DNA from: Ostreococcus lucimarinus
Lineage: Eukaryota
NCBI GenBank assembly: GCA_000092065.1
Contig: CP000592.1
Length of the DNA: 64,000 nucleotides
Direction: 5' to 3' (one strand)
Position 1 is the first letter of the stretch; each line of letters begins with the position of its first letter. The translations under genes were made by a program, and so were the position numbers. Positions 1 through 10,764 of this stretch are shown here, in pieces. The notes beneath the pieces are model-generated. The model saw only the letters and a list, made by a program, of their open reading frames with translations. It was not told the DNA's origin and made no database searches.

Positions 1-223
1 TGCGAGATTTAAAGCGAACGCATCAGTCAGTCACGAGTTCGCGCGCCGCGTCAACGCGTCGTCATCCTCATTGCGATCCTTTGAGCGCGCATCGTTCGTC
101 GTCACCGCGCGTCGCCCTCGTTCAAAGACGTCCCGCGCGCGCGCCGCGCCGCGCCTAGGGCTTGGTCCTCCGTCCCGCCGTCGCCCGCGCCTTCGTCCGA
201 GCTTCACCGTCGATCGCACGCAC

Positions 224-629
224 CTGTTCGAACAACACTTGGTTATTGGCCTTCTCCTTCATCTTCCCCTTGGACCATTTCTATCGTTCGCGAACACGAT
301 TCGTCGTCGTCGTCAGTCCTCCGTCCTCGCGTCGATCGCCCGCGCGCGCCCCGCGCCATCGTCGCGCCGCGCGCGTCGCCCTCGATCGCGCTCGATCGAG
401 CGCGACGCCGGTCCCGGACGCATTAAAATCCCACCGCCGTCCGTTCGCCCGCCGATCGCCGCGCCGGCGCGTCCGCGCCGACGCCCCGCGACGCGCGCGT
501 CCCGTTCGTCTTTAGGGTCTCCGCGGATCGCGCCTCGCCGTCGCGCGCGCGCACCTTGGCCTTCTTCTTCCCGCCGGCCATGGCCTTGGCGGCCTTGGCG
601 GCCTTCGATTCGGGGGCTTTAGGCGGCAT
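224..629 (-). CDS. RPS25: 40S ribosomal protein S25 (eS25), 5' part only. Exon 1 is 555-629 and exon 2 is 224-280; the remaining exons lie left of the window.
   Basis: The spliced translation [25 protein letters not shown]|[19 protein letters not shown] matches the eS25 N-terminus (KKWSKGK...NN.VLF). Donors are GTGCGC (554) and GTGCGT (223). Intron 1 has a CTGAC branch (312-316 on plus) and an AG at 281-282. Intron 2 has CTGAC at 26-30 but no acceptor before position 1. Confidence 0.75.
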
Positions 630-881
630 GTCTTCGCTCTACGTCCGTCGTGCGCGCGCGCGTGGGAAAGGCGGTTCGCGCGCGTCGCGCCTCGCCCGCG
701 AGGCCGGCGCGGCCGATGGTTCGTGTTTGGTCTCGCGATCCGTCGATCGCGCGCGCGACGCTCGATCGTCGCCGCGTCGATCGCGCGCGGCGCGTCGACC
801 TCGACGCGTCGATCGATCGACCGCATCGTCGATCGATCGACGACCCGCGCGTCGGTCGACGCGGCGTCGGCACCGCGCGAC

Positions 882-911
<30 letters not shown>

Positions 912-912
<1 letters not shown>

Positions 913-2246
913 TGGACGACGATCGCGGACGACGCGGGCGAGGACGACGACGACGACGAGGCGGCGTGCGAGGCGGTGACGCGCTGCGCGCGCTCGGCCT
1001 CGGGCTCGGACTCGTCGCGACGGGGGCGCGCGCGGCGCGACGCGCGGGCGCGTTTGAAACGACCGAAACGACCTCGACGATGGCCGATGCGTTTTGGACG
1101 GTGGCGACGAACGCGATCGAACGCGCGTGGGCGCCGAGAACGCAGAGCGCGACGGTGACGCCGCGCGATGCGTTCGGCGCGGCACGGGCGACGGCGACGG
1201 CGCGAGAGGTCGGTGAGGCGGACGCGGCGACGCTCGCGCGTCGGTTTGAGCGCTGGTGCGTCGAACACGGAGTGGAGGAATATCTGCGAGACGGAGAGGA
1301 GTACGCGAAGCGATTGGCGATTTTCGTGGAGAACGCGGCGTTTGTGGTGGAGCACAACGCCAAGTACGTTTTGGGAGAGATTTCGCATTGGGTGGCGTTG
1401 AACGCCCTCGCGGCGACGACGCGGGAGGAGTTCAAGCGCATGCTCGGGTACAAGCCCGAGTTGCGCGACGCGACGCAAACCGTCGGAGCCACGCGCGATG
1501 CGGACGAATACAAGGCGAACTGGAAGTATGCCAGCGTCGAGCCACTGGAAAACGTCGATTGGGTCGAACGCGGCGCCGTGACGGCGCCGAAGAACCAAGG
1601 ACAGTGCGGCTCGTGCTGGGCGTTTTCGACGACGGGCGCGATCGAGGGCATCAATCAAATTCGTACTGGCAGGCTCGTGTCGCTCTCTGAACAAGAGCTC
1701 GTGTCGTGTTCGACCCAGAACATGGCGTGCAACGGTGGACTCATGGATAACGCGTTCAAATGGGTGCAAAAGAACGGCGGAATTGACTCTGAATTTCAGT
1801 ACCCTTACGCCGCGGAGAAGCTCTCGTGCAACAAATTCAAGCTTCAACTCCACGTCGCCACCATCGACGGGTTCGAGGACGTACCTCCGGGAGATGAGAA
1901 AGAGCTCGAGAAAGCTGTGTCGCAACAACCTGTTAGCATCGCCATCGAGGCCGACACAAAAGCGTTTATGCTCTACCAAGGCGGCGTTTTCGATTCCAAA
2001 GAGTGCGGTTCTCAAGTCGATCACGGCGTTCTCGTCGTCGGTTACGGCTACGACGATCATCCCAACGCAACGGAAGCGACGCACCATCACCACAAAAACC
2101 ACCACAGGCACTTCTGGAAAGTCAAGAACTCGTGGGGCAATCAGTGGGGCGAAGGTGGTTTCATTCGCATGGCTCGACGAATCAGCGCTGAAACGGGTCA
2201 GTGCGGAATCACGACGGCACCATCCTTCCCGACGAAGAGCGCGTGA
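912..2246 (+). CDS. Papain-family (C1A) cysteine protease, cathepsin L-like, with an I29-type propeptide
   Basis: Catalytic motifs are [11 protein letters not shown] (Cys), [10 protein letters not shown] (His) and KNSWG (Asn). A propeptide helix [21 protein letters not shown] is present. The ORF is open from 723 (GTG). ATG 912 precedes a hydrophobic signal-like segment [18 protein letters not shown]. An alternative ATG lies at 1080. Confidence 0.88.
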
Positions 2247-2616
2247 TTTCTACTTTACAAAGACGATACGATTTTCATACTTGTACGATACGATTCTGTA
2301 AACTAAAACGATACCATACGTCGATGTTGTGATACAATTACGCTTTGATTCTTGCAAATTTCCTTCTAGGTTGTTCTATTTCCTTAGCTCGTAACGCCTA
2401 CAGTTCGTCAAATCGTCAGTCAAGCTGGTGAGATCGGTGCGTGATTTCTCCCAGCACATTCGCGGCACACGCGCGAGGAAGCTCAGAAGGATCCATTGGT
2501 ATTTACTAGTTTCACCGAGCTTGCTCTCACCGTAGTAGTGCGAAAACGAGCGCAATCATCATCGCTTCCTCGCGTTGGATCGATCTCAACGACGACGATG
2601 ACGACGACATCAGGAA

Positions 2617-2684
2617 AGGCTCAGTCCTATCGATCGTTTATCATGGGTAATCAGGATTAGCATGATTATAAGTCATCATCGCCT
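2617..2684 (-). ncRNA. Candidate box C/D snoRNA (68 nt)
   Basis: The minus strand reads AGAGGC-G-ATGATGA(C box)-CTTATAATCATGCTAATC-CTGA(D')-TTACCCA-TGATAAA(C'-like)-CGATCGATAGGA-CTGA(D)-GCCTTT. AGAGGC and GCCTTT form a 6-bp terminal stem (one G-U) directly flanking boxes C and D. The candidate lies in the 543-bp spacer downstream of the LSm1 stop. Confidence 0.5.
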
Positions 2685-2789
2685 CTGTTCCGTCTTCGTC
2701 GTCCTCGTCGTCGCCGTCGAGCGATCGTCGCGTCTTCAATCTCCACACGCACCTCTCGTCGTCCCATGCGCCCCCTTTGCGTTCGATCA

Positions 2790-3170
2790 TCACTCATCTA
2801 AAAAGTCCATTCGTTTCAAGATGTCTCCCTTCATCGCCTCCGCGGTCTGATCCGCCTCCCTCGCCCGTATGATCTCCGCGTTGTCCACCTCAATCAACCC
2901 TTCCGTGCCGTCCAAGTCCCCGTTCGCCCCGACGTCGCCCATGAGCACGACGTTCTCGCCTCGCACGATGTACAATCCGAGTGGGATATCGCTGAACATC
3001 TTTCCGACGATGATGCGCTCGACCGCGCTCTCGAGGACGATGTTTGCGAATTGGTCGAACGATCGCAGCGTGCCGATGATGTTCGAGCCGTCGCGCAGCG
3101 CGACGAGCAGGCGCTTGTCCAGGTTCTCCACCAGGCTCGCCACCGCGCTGAGATGCCACGTGTCCGTCAT
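2790..3170 (-). CDS. LSM1: Sm-like protein LSm1
   Basis: The 126-aa product is collinear with LSm1. Matching segments are ASLVENLDKRLLVALRDGSNIIGTLRSFDQFANIVLESAVERI and GLYIVRGENVVLMG (Sm1/Sm2 motifs). Confidence 0.9.
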   Translation of the reverse strand: MTDTWHLSAVASLVENLDKRLLVALRDGSNIIGTLRSFDQFANIVLESAVERIIVGKMFSDIPLGLYIVRGENVVLMGDVGANGDLDGTEGLIEVDNAEIIRAREADQTAEAMKGDILKRMDFLDE

Positions 3171-3266
3171 CGCGCGGCTCGTGCGCGCGGTCGCGAGGGA
3201 CGCGAGACGGAGCGCGAGATGCGTCGCGCGCGCGGGAGTGCGGCGCGACAGTGTCGCGCGCGCGTC

Positions 3267-3405
3267 ATGGACGACGCGCGACGGGGCGAGAACGAGGTCG
3301 AGGCGGGGACGAGGACGACGGTCGAGTACGATGACGCGTCGGACGGGGAGTCGTTCGGCGCGTTCGCGACGCCCGCGCGCGCGTTCGCGGATGGGACGAC
3401 GGAAA

Positions 3406-3448
<43 letters not shown>

Positions 3449-3992
3449 TTTCGGGGATTTCGCGACGCCGGCGACGACGATGAAAACGGTCACGACGCCG
3501 GTGATGCGTGACGAACCGCCGCCGACGCCGCCGCCGACGACGACGACGGGCGGTGGGGAGTTTGATTTGATTGCTTTGACGAACGAAGGCGAGTTCGCCG
3601 AGGCGGCGCGGCGGTTGTTGAAGAGAGGGAAGGCTCGATCGACGAACGACGGCGCCGAAAAGGAGTCGTTCGGCGGGTTAGGTACGGCAGCGGTCGTAGG
3701 CGATGGACGGTTCACGAAGGAGGCGTTCGATCGCTTTAGAGACAACGTCAAACGCGAGGCGAGCGCGGAGGCGTCTGCGTCCGAGGAGGACGAGGAAGAG
3801 ACGTCCGTGGATGACGCAGCACCGAGAGAAATCTTGGCAGAGTTTGATTTGATTTCTCTCGAGTCAGCACCGAAAGTCGCCGAGTCGACTCCGAGTATGG
3901 ATCCGTTCGCTGGATTTGGCGACATCGCCGTGGAGTCTCCATCGCCACCGCAAAACGCCGACAATGACGATGAATTTGGCGATTTTGTATAG
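3267..3992 (+). CDS. Acidic, probably disordered protein rich in DFGDF / DPF / EFDLI short linear motifs (possible clathrin-adaptor accessory protein)
   Basis: The ORF contains a 14-residue poly-D run and the motifs SFGAF, DFGDF, EFDLI (twice), DPFAGFGD and a C-terminal DDEFGDFV. The first ATG clear of the LSm1 overlap is 3267; the ORF is open from 3051. Confidence 0.5.
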
Positions 3993-4024
3993 ACATTAGA
4001 GCTGTTGTATGCTATAGTAGTGGA

Positions 4025-7000
4025 TTAGACTTTGACTGAGCGCAGCGCGAGAAGTTCATTGAGACACGTGGTATGCGCTTCCGTGAGATTCAACACTTCT
4101 CTTTCAACATTTGAGATGTCTTTTTTAATCTCTCGCAGCTCACGCGCATTCTCCAGCTCTTGTACCTTGAGCTTGTCGCGTAAATCTTCTGTGCCTTGAC
4201 CATTATTCACAACCTTGTCTAAATCTTCCAGAACGATGAGCTTTCCAAACTTTCGGATCTGAGTCTCAGAGTATTTGCGTTGCAGACTCTGAAATTCTTT
4301 CGCCTTAGCGGAACGTTGCGCGATGAGCGAGGAGTGCTCTCGCTTTAACTCCTGCTGCTGACGTTTCAATTTTAAGACTTCTGCATCCCACTCTACGACT
4401 TTATTCTCAAGTTCTGCTAAGCGAGTCTTGGAGAAAATAATCATGTCGTCCATGTCGCCTTGACTCGTCTCGACGCAGCTCACCGGCAACACGAATGCAG
4501 TCCTGAGCCCGTTCAAACTTTGCTGCTTTACCTTCTCAAAAGCATCCGCATCTCTCTCGAGTACCCGTACGTTTTCCTCCAAACTTCGCAACTTTTTCAG
4601 TGCGGCATCGTGAATCTTTTTCTTCCCATCCAATGCCCGTTGTATTTCAGTTATTGCGTCCATGGCTTCGATTCTTTGCAAACGAAGATCGCACACGCGC
4701 TCGTAGACAGCACTGTCGCAACCTTTTGGGCAAGTGTCGCCATTTTCTTCGTCTGACGACGAATAGTACGAATCATCGTCAAAATCAGAGTCTAAGTCGG
4801 AATCGGAGTCACCTTTGTCGCTCTTTTGTTCGGTTTTATTGACGACGCGTTTGTGGAAAACTTTGAGCAATGCCGCTCGCGGGACGCCTGGAATCATGAA
4901 TTTGTCAAATGTCGCCTCGATTTCCGCTTTTACTCCGTTCTGCCCCTCTAATTTGGTCTGTTGATCGTTTACGGCCGTCTGGGCATTTTCTACCGCCGCA
5001 CGAGCGGTTTCGACCTCTTCCTTTGCTTGCCGTTGAGCATTTTGCATTTCGGTGTTCTTCACGTCATATTCAGGCATGACGCTCAGCTCGCGATGCACTA
5101 CAATACGAAAAAGTTCAATGACTTTACTTCGCGCGATGATATCTGCTTTTAGATGGCATAGCGAGATAAGATCTTCATCGGTGACAGCGTCCTTCGCATC
5201 GATGCAATCAAACTCTCGATTGAACCGGCTCTGGTTGCCGCGTAGTTGACCATCGACATATCTCAATTCGGAAAGTTTACCCTCCGTCGTTAATTTGTCT
5301 TCAGGTGGTACACGTGAATCCGGAACGCAACGCAATGGAAACCCATCGCCAAGATTGTCGCGTTTCAACGCTTCGCTGTCGTCTGTTTGGTCTTTCAAAG
5401 GCTCTGCCTTCTCCAATTTTCTCAACTCTTCGTTCCTCCGTAATCTTTCGAAGCGCCGTCGAGCCTCTGAACTCATTTCAGAGCCTTCGATGCTCTGTCT
5501 TTCGTGCGCATTTTCACTTATGCAAGTATTTTGCACATGAACGACACGCATCTCTTGTTCGCATTCATGAACTGTCGCCTCTGCGACCGTAGTTGTCTGC
5601 CAATCACCCTCGCTTCCAGCGCGCAACGCAAAAGATGAGCACGTCAAAGCTTCGCTAGATGAATGAATCATACGAGGAAGGGCCATTATTTTGTCGTAAT
5701 AACTTTTTTGCAGTTGATTTGAGACAGATTCAGCACACATAACTGAGCTTTGAAGCTTGTCGTGAGTCGCTTTTAACCAGTGTACTGAATCCTCGCGAAT
5801 TCGGCGCATTTGTGTATCGTCTACGAGAAGTTCTGCGCCAGAGATTCGCATCTCTCGAGGAAGTTTTGCATTTTCTTCAATGATGACATTGAATTCATCT
5901 CGACAGAGCGCCACCAAGCTCGAGAGTCGTATAAGTGCTGCCGCTTCTTCCTCGCTCAATTCCTTCGCGCGTTCTCGCTGCAGTACCTCTTCGATGGACG
6001 CGCACTGTGCGGAGAGTGTGTCGATCGCTTCGACTTCTGGATAGATGCACAGCGCCTCGTCGATTGAAGAGTGTGTGTTTGATGGAGAAGCATCGCTTAA
6101 CGCGTGTACTTCAAAAGATCCCGATTTACAGATTTTAACGCAGTAAGAATTATCATACGTTATCGCGCTGAAAGATTCATCAACGGCGTTCTTGGTTTCT
6201 ACATCGGTGGTAATACGAGGAGTGACATCGATTTCGTACGAATCTTTACGAGACTCACCCAAGTCACGATGGACGGCAAAGCAGTGCATCTCGTCCTCGA
6301 TTTGAGCACCAAAAATACTTTCACCATCCCAAAATATCTTCTTCGGGCGAGCACTCAGGCGTATGAAACCAATTGGCTCAAATTGCAACGTCGATGCGAA
6401 GGAAGATGAACTGAAAATAAACACAGTATTATTAGCAGCAGCGATTGCCAAATACTCACCATCAGAACTCCATGTGAACTGCTCGACGGCATGCGCGTGT
6501 GGCTTGAGCGCGAGAGCCAAGCGCCAAGAGGACGTGTTTCTCACGAGAACGCGAACGACACCATCGGCAAATCCAACGACGATACATCTCCCATCTTCAT
6601 TGACATTCAAAGGTACGTTAGTAAGTGCCGTCGCCGAACAGCTGAACCGACTTTTGTAGAGAAACGCACGGGATAAATAATCATAGCAGTGCACTTCTCC
6701 GATATTGTCGCAAGTGATCAAGTGAGTACTGTTCAGCGAAGTCTCGCATGCAGTGATGACACCACTGTGCGCAGAAACAACAGGACGCTCCATATCATCA
6801 TCGTCCAAAGAACACACTAACCCTCGCCCGCTGTCTTGAATGAATAACTTATTTTCAAGCGCGCAAATGTGGCGGATATTGGCTCCATCGATTGAGCGCT
6901 CTGAGATGGGTTTCATACAAACCACCCCTTTGCTTTGCGACGATATGACGCGACGAATCTCGTCAATATTCCATTCTCGAACCCACCCATCATCGCCCGC

Positions 7001-7798
7001 CGTGAGAATCACTGAACCGTTGTTGATATAAATCATCGTCTCGATCGAACCGCCGTGGCAGTCTTCATCGTCGCTCGACGCGTTTGCTCGCATTATTTTG
7101 TACTGAACGCGCCCATCGACCCAGATTAGTAGAGCGCCATACTCTGTGCTCGTCAAAATCATATCATTAAAGGGTAACTCCAACACGCACGTGATATTGG
7201 ACAGAGGTTCGCCGTTGAACTTTCCAAGAGTACCTTGTAACTTCAATCCAGTAAACGTCTTGACCATCTGCCAAAACTGAATGTGACCAGCGCCGTGAGT
7301 GATCATTCGCTCCGAGTTAGCGCCTAGGAAGGATAAGTCAAACACTTCTTGTCCATACGCTTTGGCACGAAGGACTGTCTTTGCTGTCTTCCAGTCCCAC
7401 AAAGTGAGCCAATAGTCTGGGAGCCCACTCACGCTCGCGAGAAGCTGTCCGTCTGGAGAAAATTTTCCAGTCGAGTAACACGCCGCGGCGCCGCCGTGAA
7501 TCGTGTTTACGAGCTCAAGTGAAGGGTAACTATATATTGATATTCGGGGCGCCGCACCATTCTCGCCGATCGCAATGTGCGTGCCATCTCCATCCACGGC
7601 GACCAAGCCGATATTGCCCCCCTCCGCGCTCCGCAGGTACGTCTGCCTTTGTGTTTTCACGTCTCGCAAGGTCAAGAGATTTCCAACAGTGTACGCCACG
7701 ACTGAATCGCGTACTCGAGTCAAGTTGCCCCGTCGCTTGAAATCAAATCCAAAGCTGCACGCCAGGCAACCATGCTCGAGAGACTTATTTTTAGCCAT
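4025..7798 (-). CDS. Cilia/flagella-associated WD-repeat plus coiled-coil protein (CFAP43/44/57-like)
   Basis: This is an uninterrupted 1257-aa ORF. The N-terminal half has WD/beta-propeller-type repeats (ISIYSYPSLE, YWLTLWDWKTAK, HGAGHIQFWQM). The C-terminal ~600 aa are heptad-rich coiled coil. Size and layout match axonemal CFAP WD proteins. The sequence is visibly AT-richer than its neighbours. Confidence 0.7.
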   Translation of the reverse strand: MAKNKSLEHGCLACSFGFDFKRRGNLTRVRDSVVAYTVGNLLTLRDVKTQRQTYLRSAEGGNIGLVAVDGDGTHIAIGENGAAPRISIYSYPSLELVNTIHGGAAACYSTGKFSPDGQLLASVSGLPDYWLTLWDWKTAKTVLRAKAYGQEVFDLSFLGANSERMITHGAGHIQFWQMVKTFTGLKLQGTLGKFNGEPLSNITCVLELPFNDMILTSTEYGALLIWVDGRVQYKIMRANASSDDEDCHGGSIETMIYINNGSVILTAGDDGWVREWNIDEIRRVISSQSKGVVCMKPISERSIDGANIRHICALENKLFIQDSGRGLVCSLDDDDMERPVVSAHSGVITACETSLNSTHLITCDNIGEVHCYDYLSRAFLYKSRFSCSATALTNVPLNVNEDGRCIVVGFADGVVRVLVRNTSSWRLALALKPHAHAVEQFTWSSDGEYLAIAAANNTVFIFSSSSFASTLQFEPIGFIRLSARPKKIFWDGESIFGAQIEDEMHCFAVHRDLGESRKDSYEIDVTPRITTDVETKNAVDESFSAITYDNSYCVKICKSGSFEVHALSDASPSNTHSSIDEALCIYPEVEAIDTLSAQCASIEEVLQRERAKELSEEEAAALIRLSSLVALCRDEFNVIIEENAKLPREMRISGAELLVDDTQMRRIREDSVHWLKATHDKLQSSVMCAESVSNQLQKSYYDKIMALPRMIHSSSEALTCSSFALRAGSEGDWQTTTVAEATVHECEQEMRVVHVQNTCISENAHERQSIEGSEMSSEARRRFERLRRNEELRKLEKAEPLKDQTDDSEALKRDNLGDGFPLRCVPDSRVPPEDKLTTEGKLSELRYVDGQLRGNQSRFNREFDCIDAKDAVTDEDLISLCHLKADIIARSKVIELFRIVVHRELSVMPEYDVKNTEMQNAQRQAKEEVETARAAVENAQTAVNDQQTKLEGQNGVKAEIEATFDKFMIPGVPRAALLKVFHKRVVNKTEQKSDKGDSDSDLDSDFDDDSYYSSSDEENGDTCPKGCDSAVYERVCDLRLQRIEAMDAITEIQRALDGKKKIHDAALKKLRSLEENVRVLERDADAFEKVKQQSLNGLRTAFVLPVSCVETSQGDMDDMIIFSKTRLAELENKVVEWDAEVLKLKRQQQELKREHSSLIAQRSAKAKEFQSLQRKYSETQIRKFGKLIVLEDLDKVVNNGQGTEDLRDKLKVQELENARELREIKKDISNVEREVLNLTEAHTTCLNELLALRSVKV

Positions 7799-7987
7799 AA
7801 CTTGAGAGGTGCGAGCAAACTCTGTTCAAGACTCACACGGGGCGATGCGATCCGTACGCGCGCGTGAGTGTATCGTGTGTGCGCGCGCGCGTTTGCTGTC
7901 ACTACTTCTTTTGCGCCACGTACGGCGTCGTCGAGTGCAGAATCATTTATGCTTGTATTACAAAATAACCGACGTCGGCTCGGGCGC

Positions 7988-9223
7988 TCACTTCCCCGAC
8001 ATTTCTGCGTTCAATTCAGCAAGCTTTTCTTCTTGTTCCAAAGCCTGCATGCCCCCGATCGCACCCTTGATGTCGCCGTCTAAGAAATTTTGAAGAGAGA
8101 AGTTAGCGCCGATGCGATGGTCCGACACGCGGCTATCTTTCCAGTTGTACGTTCTAATTTTTTCCGACCGAGACCCCGAGCCGACTTGCGATTTACGCTT
8201 GTCCGATACCGCTTTGCGCTGCTCTTCGAGCTGCAACTCAAATAATTTCGCGCGAAGAATTTGCATGGCACGAATGCGATTCTTCATTTGTGTACGTTCT
8301 TCCGTGCAGAACACGCGAATGCCGGTCGGCTTGTGCATCAGGTCGATAGCGGTTTCGACTTTGTTGACGTTTTGCCCACCCGCACCGCCGCTTCTGGCGG
8401 TGGAAATATCGAGGTCATTGTCGTCAATCTTCACCTCGACTTCGTCGACTTCAGGCATCACCGCGACCGTGGCCGTGGAAGTTTGAATGCGTCCTTGAGT
8501 TTCCGTCGCCGGCACGCGCTGCACGCGATGCACACCGGCTTCCCACTTGAGACTGCTGTACACGTCGTCGCCCTTTATCTCCACGACGATTTCCTTATAC
8601 CCGCCGGCGTCCGCCGGGTTGTTCGTCACGACCGACGTTTGCCATCCCTCGCGCTCGGCGAATCGCATATACATTCGATATAAATCCCCAGCCCAAATAC
8701 CAGCCTCATCCCCGCCAGTACCGGCGCGAATCTCGAGCATGATGTTCTTCTCGTCGAGCGGGTCCTTCGGCAGCAGCGCCAACGTCATGGTCTCCACCAG
8801 CGCATCACTCTCCGTCGTCAGCGCATCGATCTCTTCCTTCGCCATCGCCACCATCTCATCATCCCCAGCCGCATCCTTCGCCATCGCGCGCGCCTCGCTA
8901 ATCTCTTTCATGCACTCCTTGTACCGCGCGTACTGCTCCACCACGCTCGTCAGCTCCCCGAGCGCCTTGCTCAGCTTTTGAAACTCCTTCGGATCGCCCG
9001 TCACGCTCGGATCCGCCATGCGCTCGCTGATCTCGCCGTGCGTCCGCGTCGTCGCCTCGAGTTTTTGCACCAGAAACTCCGGAATGTCCACCGCGCGCGT
9101 TCGCACCCCTCGCCGCGTCGTCGTCGTCCCGCGCGCCGGCGCTCGTCCACCGTCCCGAGCGTTTTTCGCGCGCGCGTTCGCGCGCGACGCCGCGTTCGTC
9201 GCCGGCGACGCGCGCGCCATCAT
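7988..9223 (-). CDS. prfA: Organellar peptide chain release factor 1 (RF1-type)
   Basis: It carries the PxT anticodon tripeptide ([10 protein letters not shown]) and the GGQ motif ([11 protein letters not shown]). An R/A/T-rich presequence follows MMARASP (ATG 9223). The ORF is over-extended to 9688. Confidence 0.9.
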   Translation of the reverse strand: MMARASPATNAASRANARAKNARDGGRAPARGTTTTRRGVRTRAVDIPEFLVQKLEATTRTHGEISERMADPSVTGDPKEFQKLSKALGELTSVVEQYARYKECMKEISEARAMAKDAAGDDEMVAMAKEEIDALTTESDALVETMTLALLPKDPLDEKNIMLEIRAGTGGDEAGIWAGDLYRMYMRFAEREGWQTSVVTNNPADAGGYKEIVVEIKGDDVYSSLKWEAGVHRVQRVPATETQGRIQTSTATVAVMPEVDEVEVKIDDNDLDISTARSGGAGGQNVNKVETAIDLMHKPTGIRVFCTEERTQMKNRIRAMQILRAKLFELQLEEQRKAVSDKRKSQVGSGSRSEKIRTYNWKDSRVSDHRIGANFSLQNFLDGDIKGAIGGMQALEQEEKLAELNAEMSGK

Positions 9224-9557
9224 GTCGTCCGCGCGTCGTCGCGCGTTCGATCGAGCGAGCGATCGATCGCGCGCGCGCGTCCGCGAGTGTCGCGGCGCCG
9301 TCGCCCGACGCGCCCTGAGCGCCAAAACCCCGAGCCGTCGCCGTCCCCGACGCGCGCCGTCCTCGAACCCGAGGTCGGGTTCGGGCGATTCGGACGATTC
9401 GGACGGTTGGTTTCGGGCGCGCCGGTGGTTGATGGTTGACCGCGCGCGCGACGCGCGAGAGGACCGCGCGCGGACGACGACGACGGACGCGACGACGACG
9501 CGCGACGACGACGCGAGAAACGACGACGACCGACGGTAAAAGCGCGCGATCGACGAC

Positions 9558-10658
9558 ATGACGCCCGCGGTGACGCGCGAGGACGCGCGCGAGAAAGTCC
9601 CCACGGTGTCGCTCGAACTGTACGCGAAAGATTTCGAAAAGTTTGTCCACGACCTGGGAGAGGCGTACGAGCGATACGGATTCGTCATCTTGGAAAATCA
9701 TGGGATCGATCTGGAACTCATCGAACGCGCGATGGAACGCTCGAAGGCGTTCTTTGCGTGCGATGAGGAATGTAAGAAGAAGTACACGCTGCGCGGGTTG
9801 GGCGGCGCGCGCGGGTACACGGCGTTCGGAGTGGAGACGGCGAAGGGAGCGAACGCGCCTGGTGCGTGAAGGCGATGCGAAAAGTGATACTTTTTTGTTT
9901 TGATGCGTCGCGCTATAGCGCGTGTGATGGATTCGACGACGCGATTCGTTTGACTGACGCGAAGGATAACGTCGCCTCTCGCGCGCGCAGATTTGAAAGA
10001 GTTTTGGCACCTCGGGCGAGACTTGCCGGCGGGCCATAAGTACGAGTCGACGATGCCGCCGAATGTGGATGACGTGGTGGAAGTCGAAGGGTTTAGCGAA
10101 GTGAATAAGCAAATCTTCAACGCTCTAGATGAGCTCGGGAATTGCGTGCTCGAGGCGCTGGCGGTGCATCTGGAACAACCGCGCGAGTATTTCGCAGATA
10201 AGACGAACGAAGGCAACAGTATTTTGCGTATCATTCACTATCCACCAATTCCGCCTGATGCTGCGGGGCGCGTGCGCGCTGGTGCGCACGAGGATATCAA
10301 TCTCATCACGCTCCTGCTCGGCGCCGACGAGGGTGGTTTGCAACTCTTGGGAAAGGATGGAGAGTGGCTCGAAGTCAACCCGCCTCCCGGATGCGTGACG
10401 TGCAACATCGGTGACATGCTGCAACGCCTGTCGAATCACAAGCTTCCTTCGACGACGCACCGTGTCGTGAATCCTCCCGCGGAACGGGCGCACATTCCTC
10501 GATATTCCATGCCATTCTTTTTACATCCAAATCCAGACTTCGTCATCAAAACGCTGGAGTCGTGCATTTCGGATCAGTATCCCAATCGCTATCCAGAGCC
10601 CATTAGCTCTGATGAATACTTGCAGCAACGCCTTCGAGAGATTAAACTCAAATCATGA
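9558..10658 (+). CDS. 2-oxoglutarate/Fe(II)-dependent oxygenase (two exons: 9558-9861 and 9991-10658)
   Basis: The HxD...H iron triad is present ([18 protein letters not shown]). Intron 9862-9990 has a GTGCGT donor, a CTGAC branch and a CAG acceptor. It joins ...GANAP|DLKEFWHLG in frame (972 nt total). Confidence 0.8.
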
Positions 10659-10764
10659 GTCCAAACGGATACATTTAGCACGCTGAACGATGCACATAGA
10701 AATAATAGCGCTACGACAAAATTTCATTTTGTAATGATGATGGTACATTGATCACACATTATCA

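Noticed and set aside
512-2111. Long minus-strand ORFs (512-1654, 639-2111, 619-1185) and alternative plus-frame ORFs overlapping the cysteine protease gene
   Set aside because: Their products are R/A/S/P-rich low-complexity strings with no motifs. They arise because stop codons are rare in GC-rich DNA. The overlapping plus-strand frame has unambiguous papain-family motifs.
10733-10745. Other C-box-like ATGATGA or GTGATGA motifs in spacers (10733-10745, ~18610, 63061-63080 antisense) and a GGATGA...CTGACTGA pair in RPS25 intron 2 (20-75)
   Set aside because: None has a D box at a suitable distance or a flanking terminal stem. The CTGA in the RPS25 intron is the branch-site CTGAC, and the spacing (45 nt) is too short.
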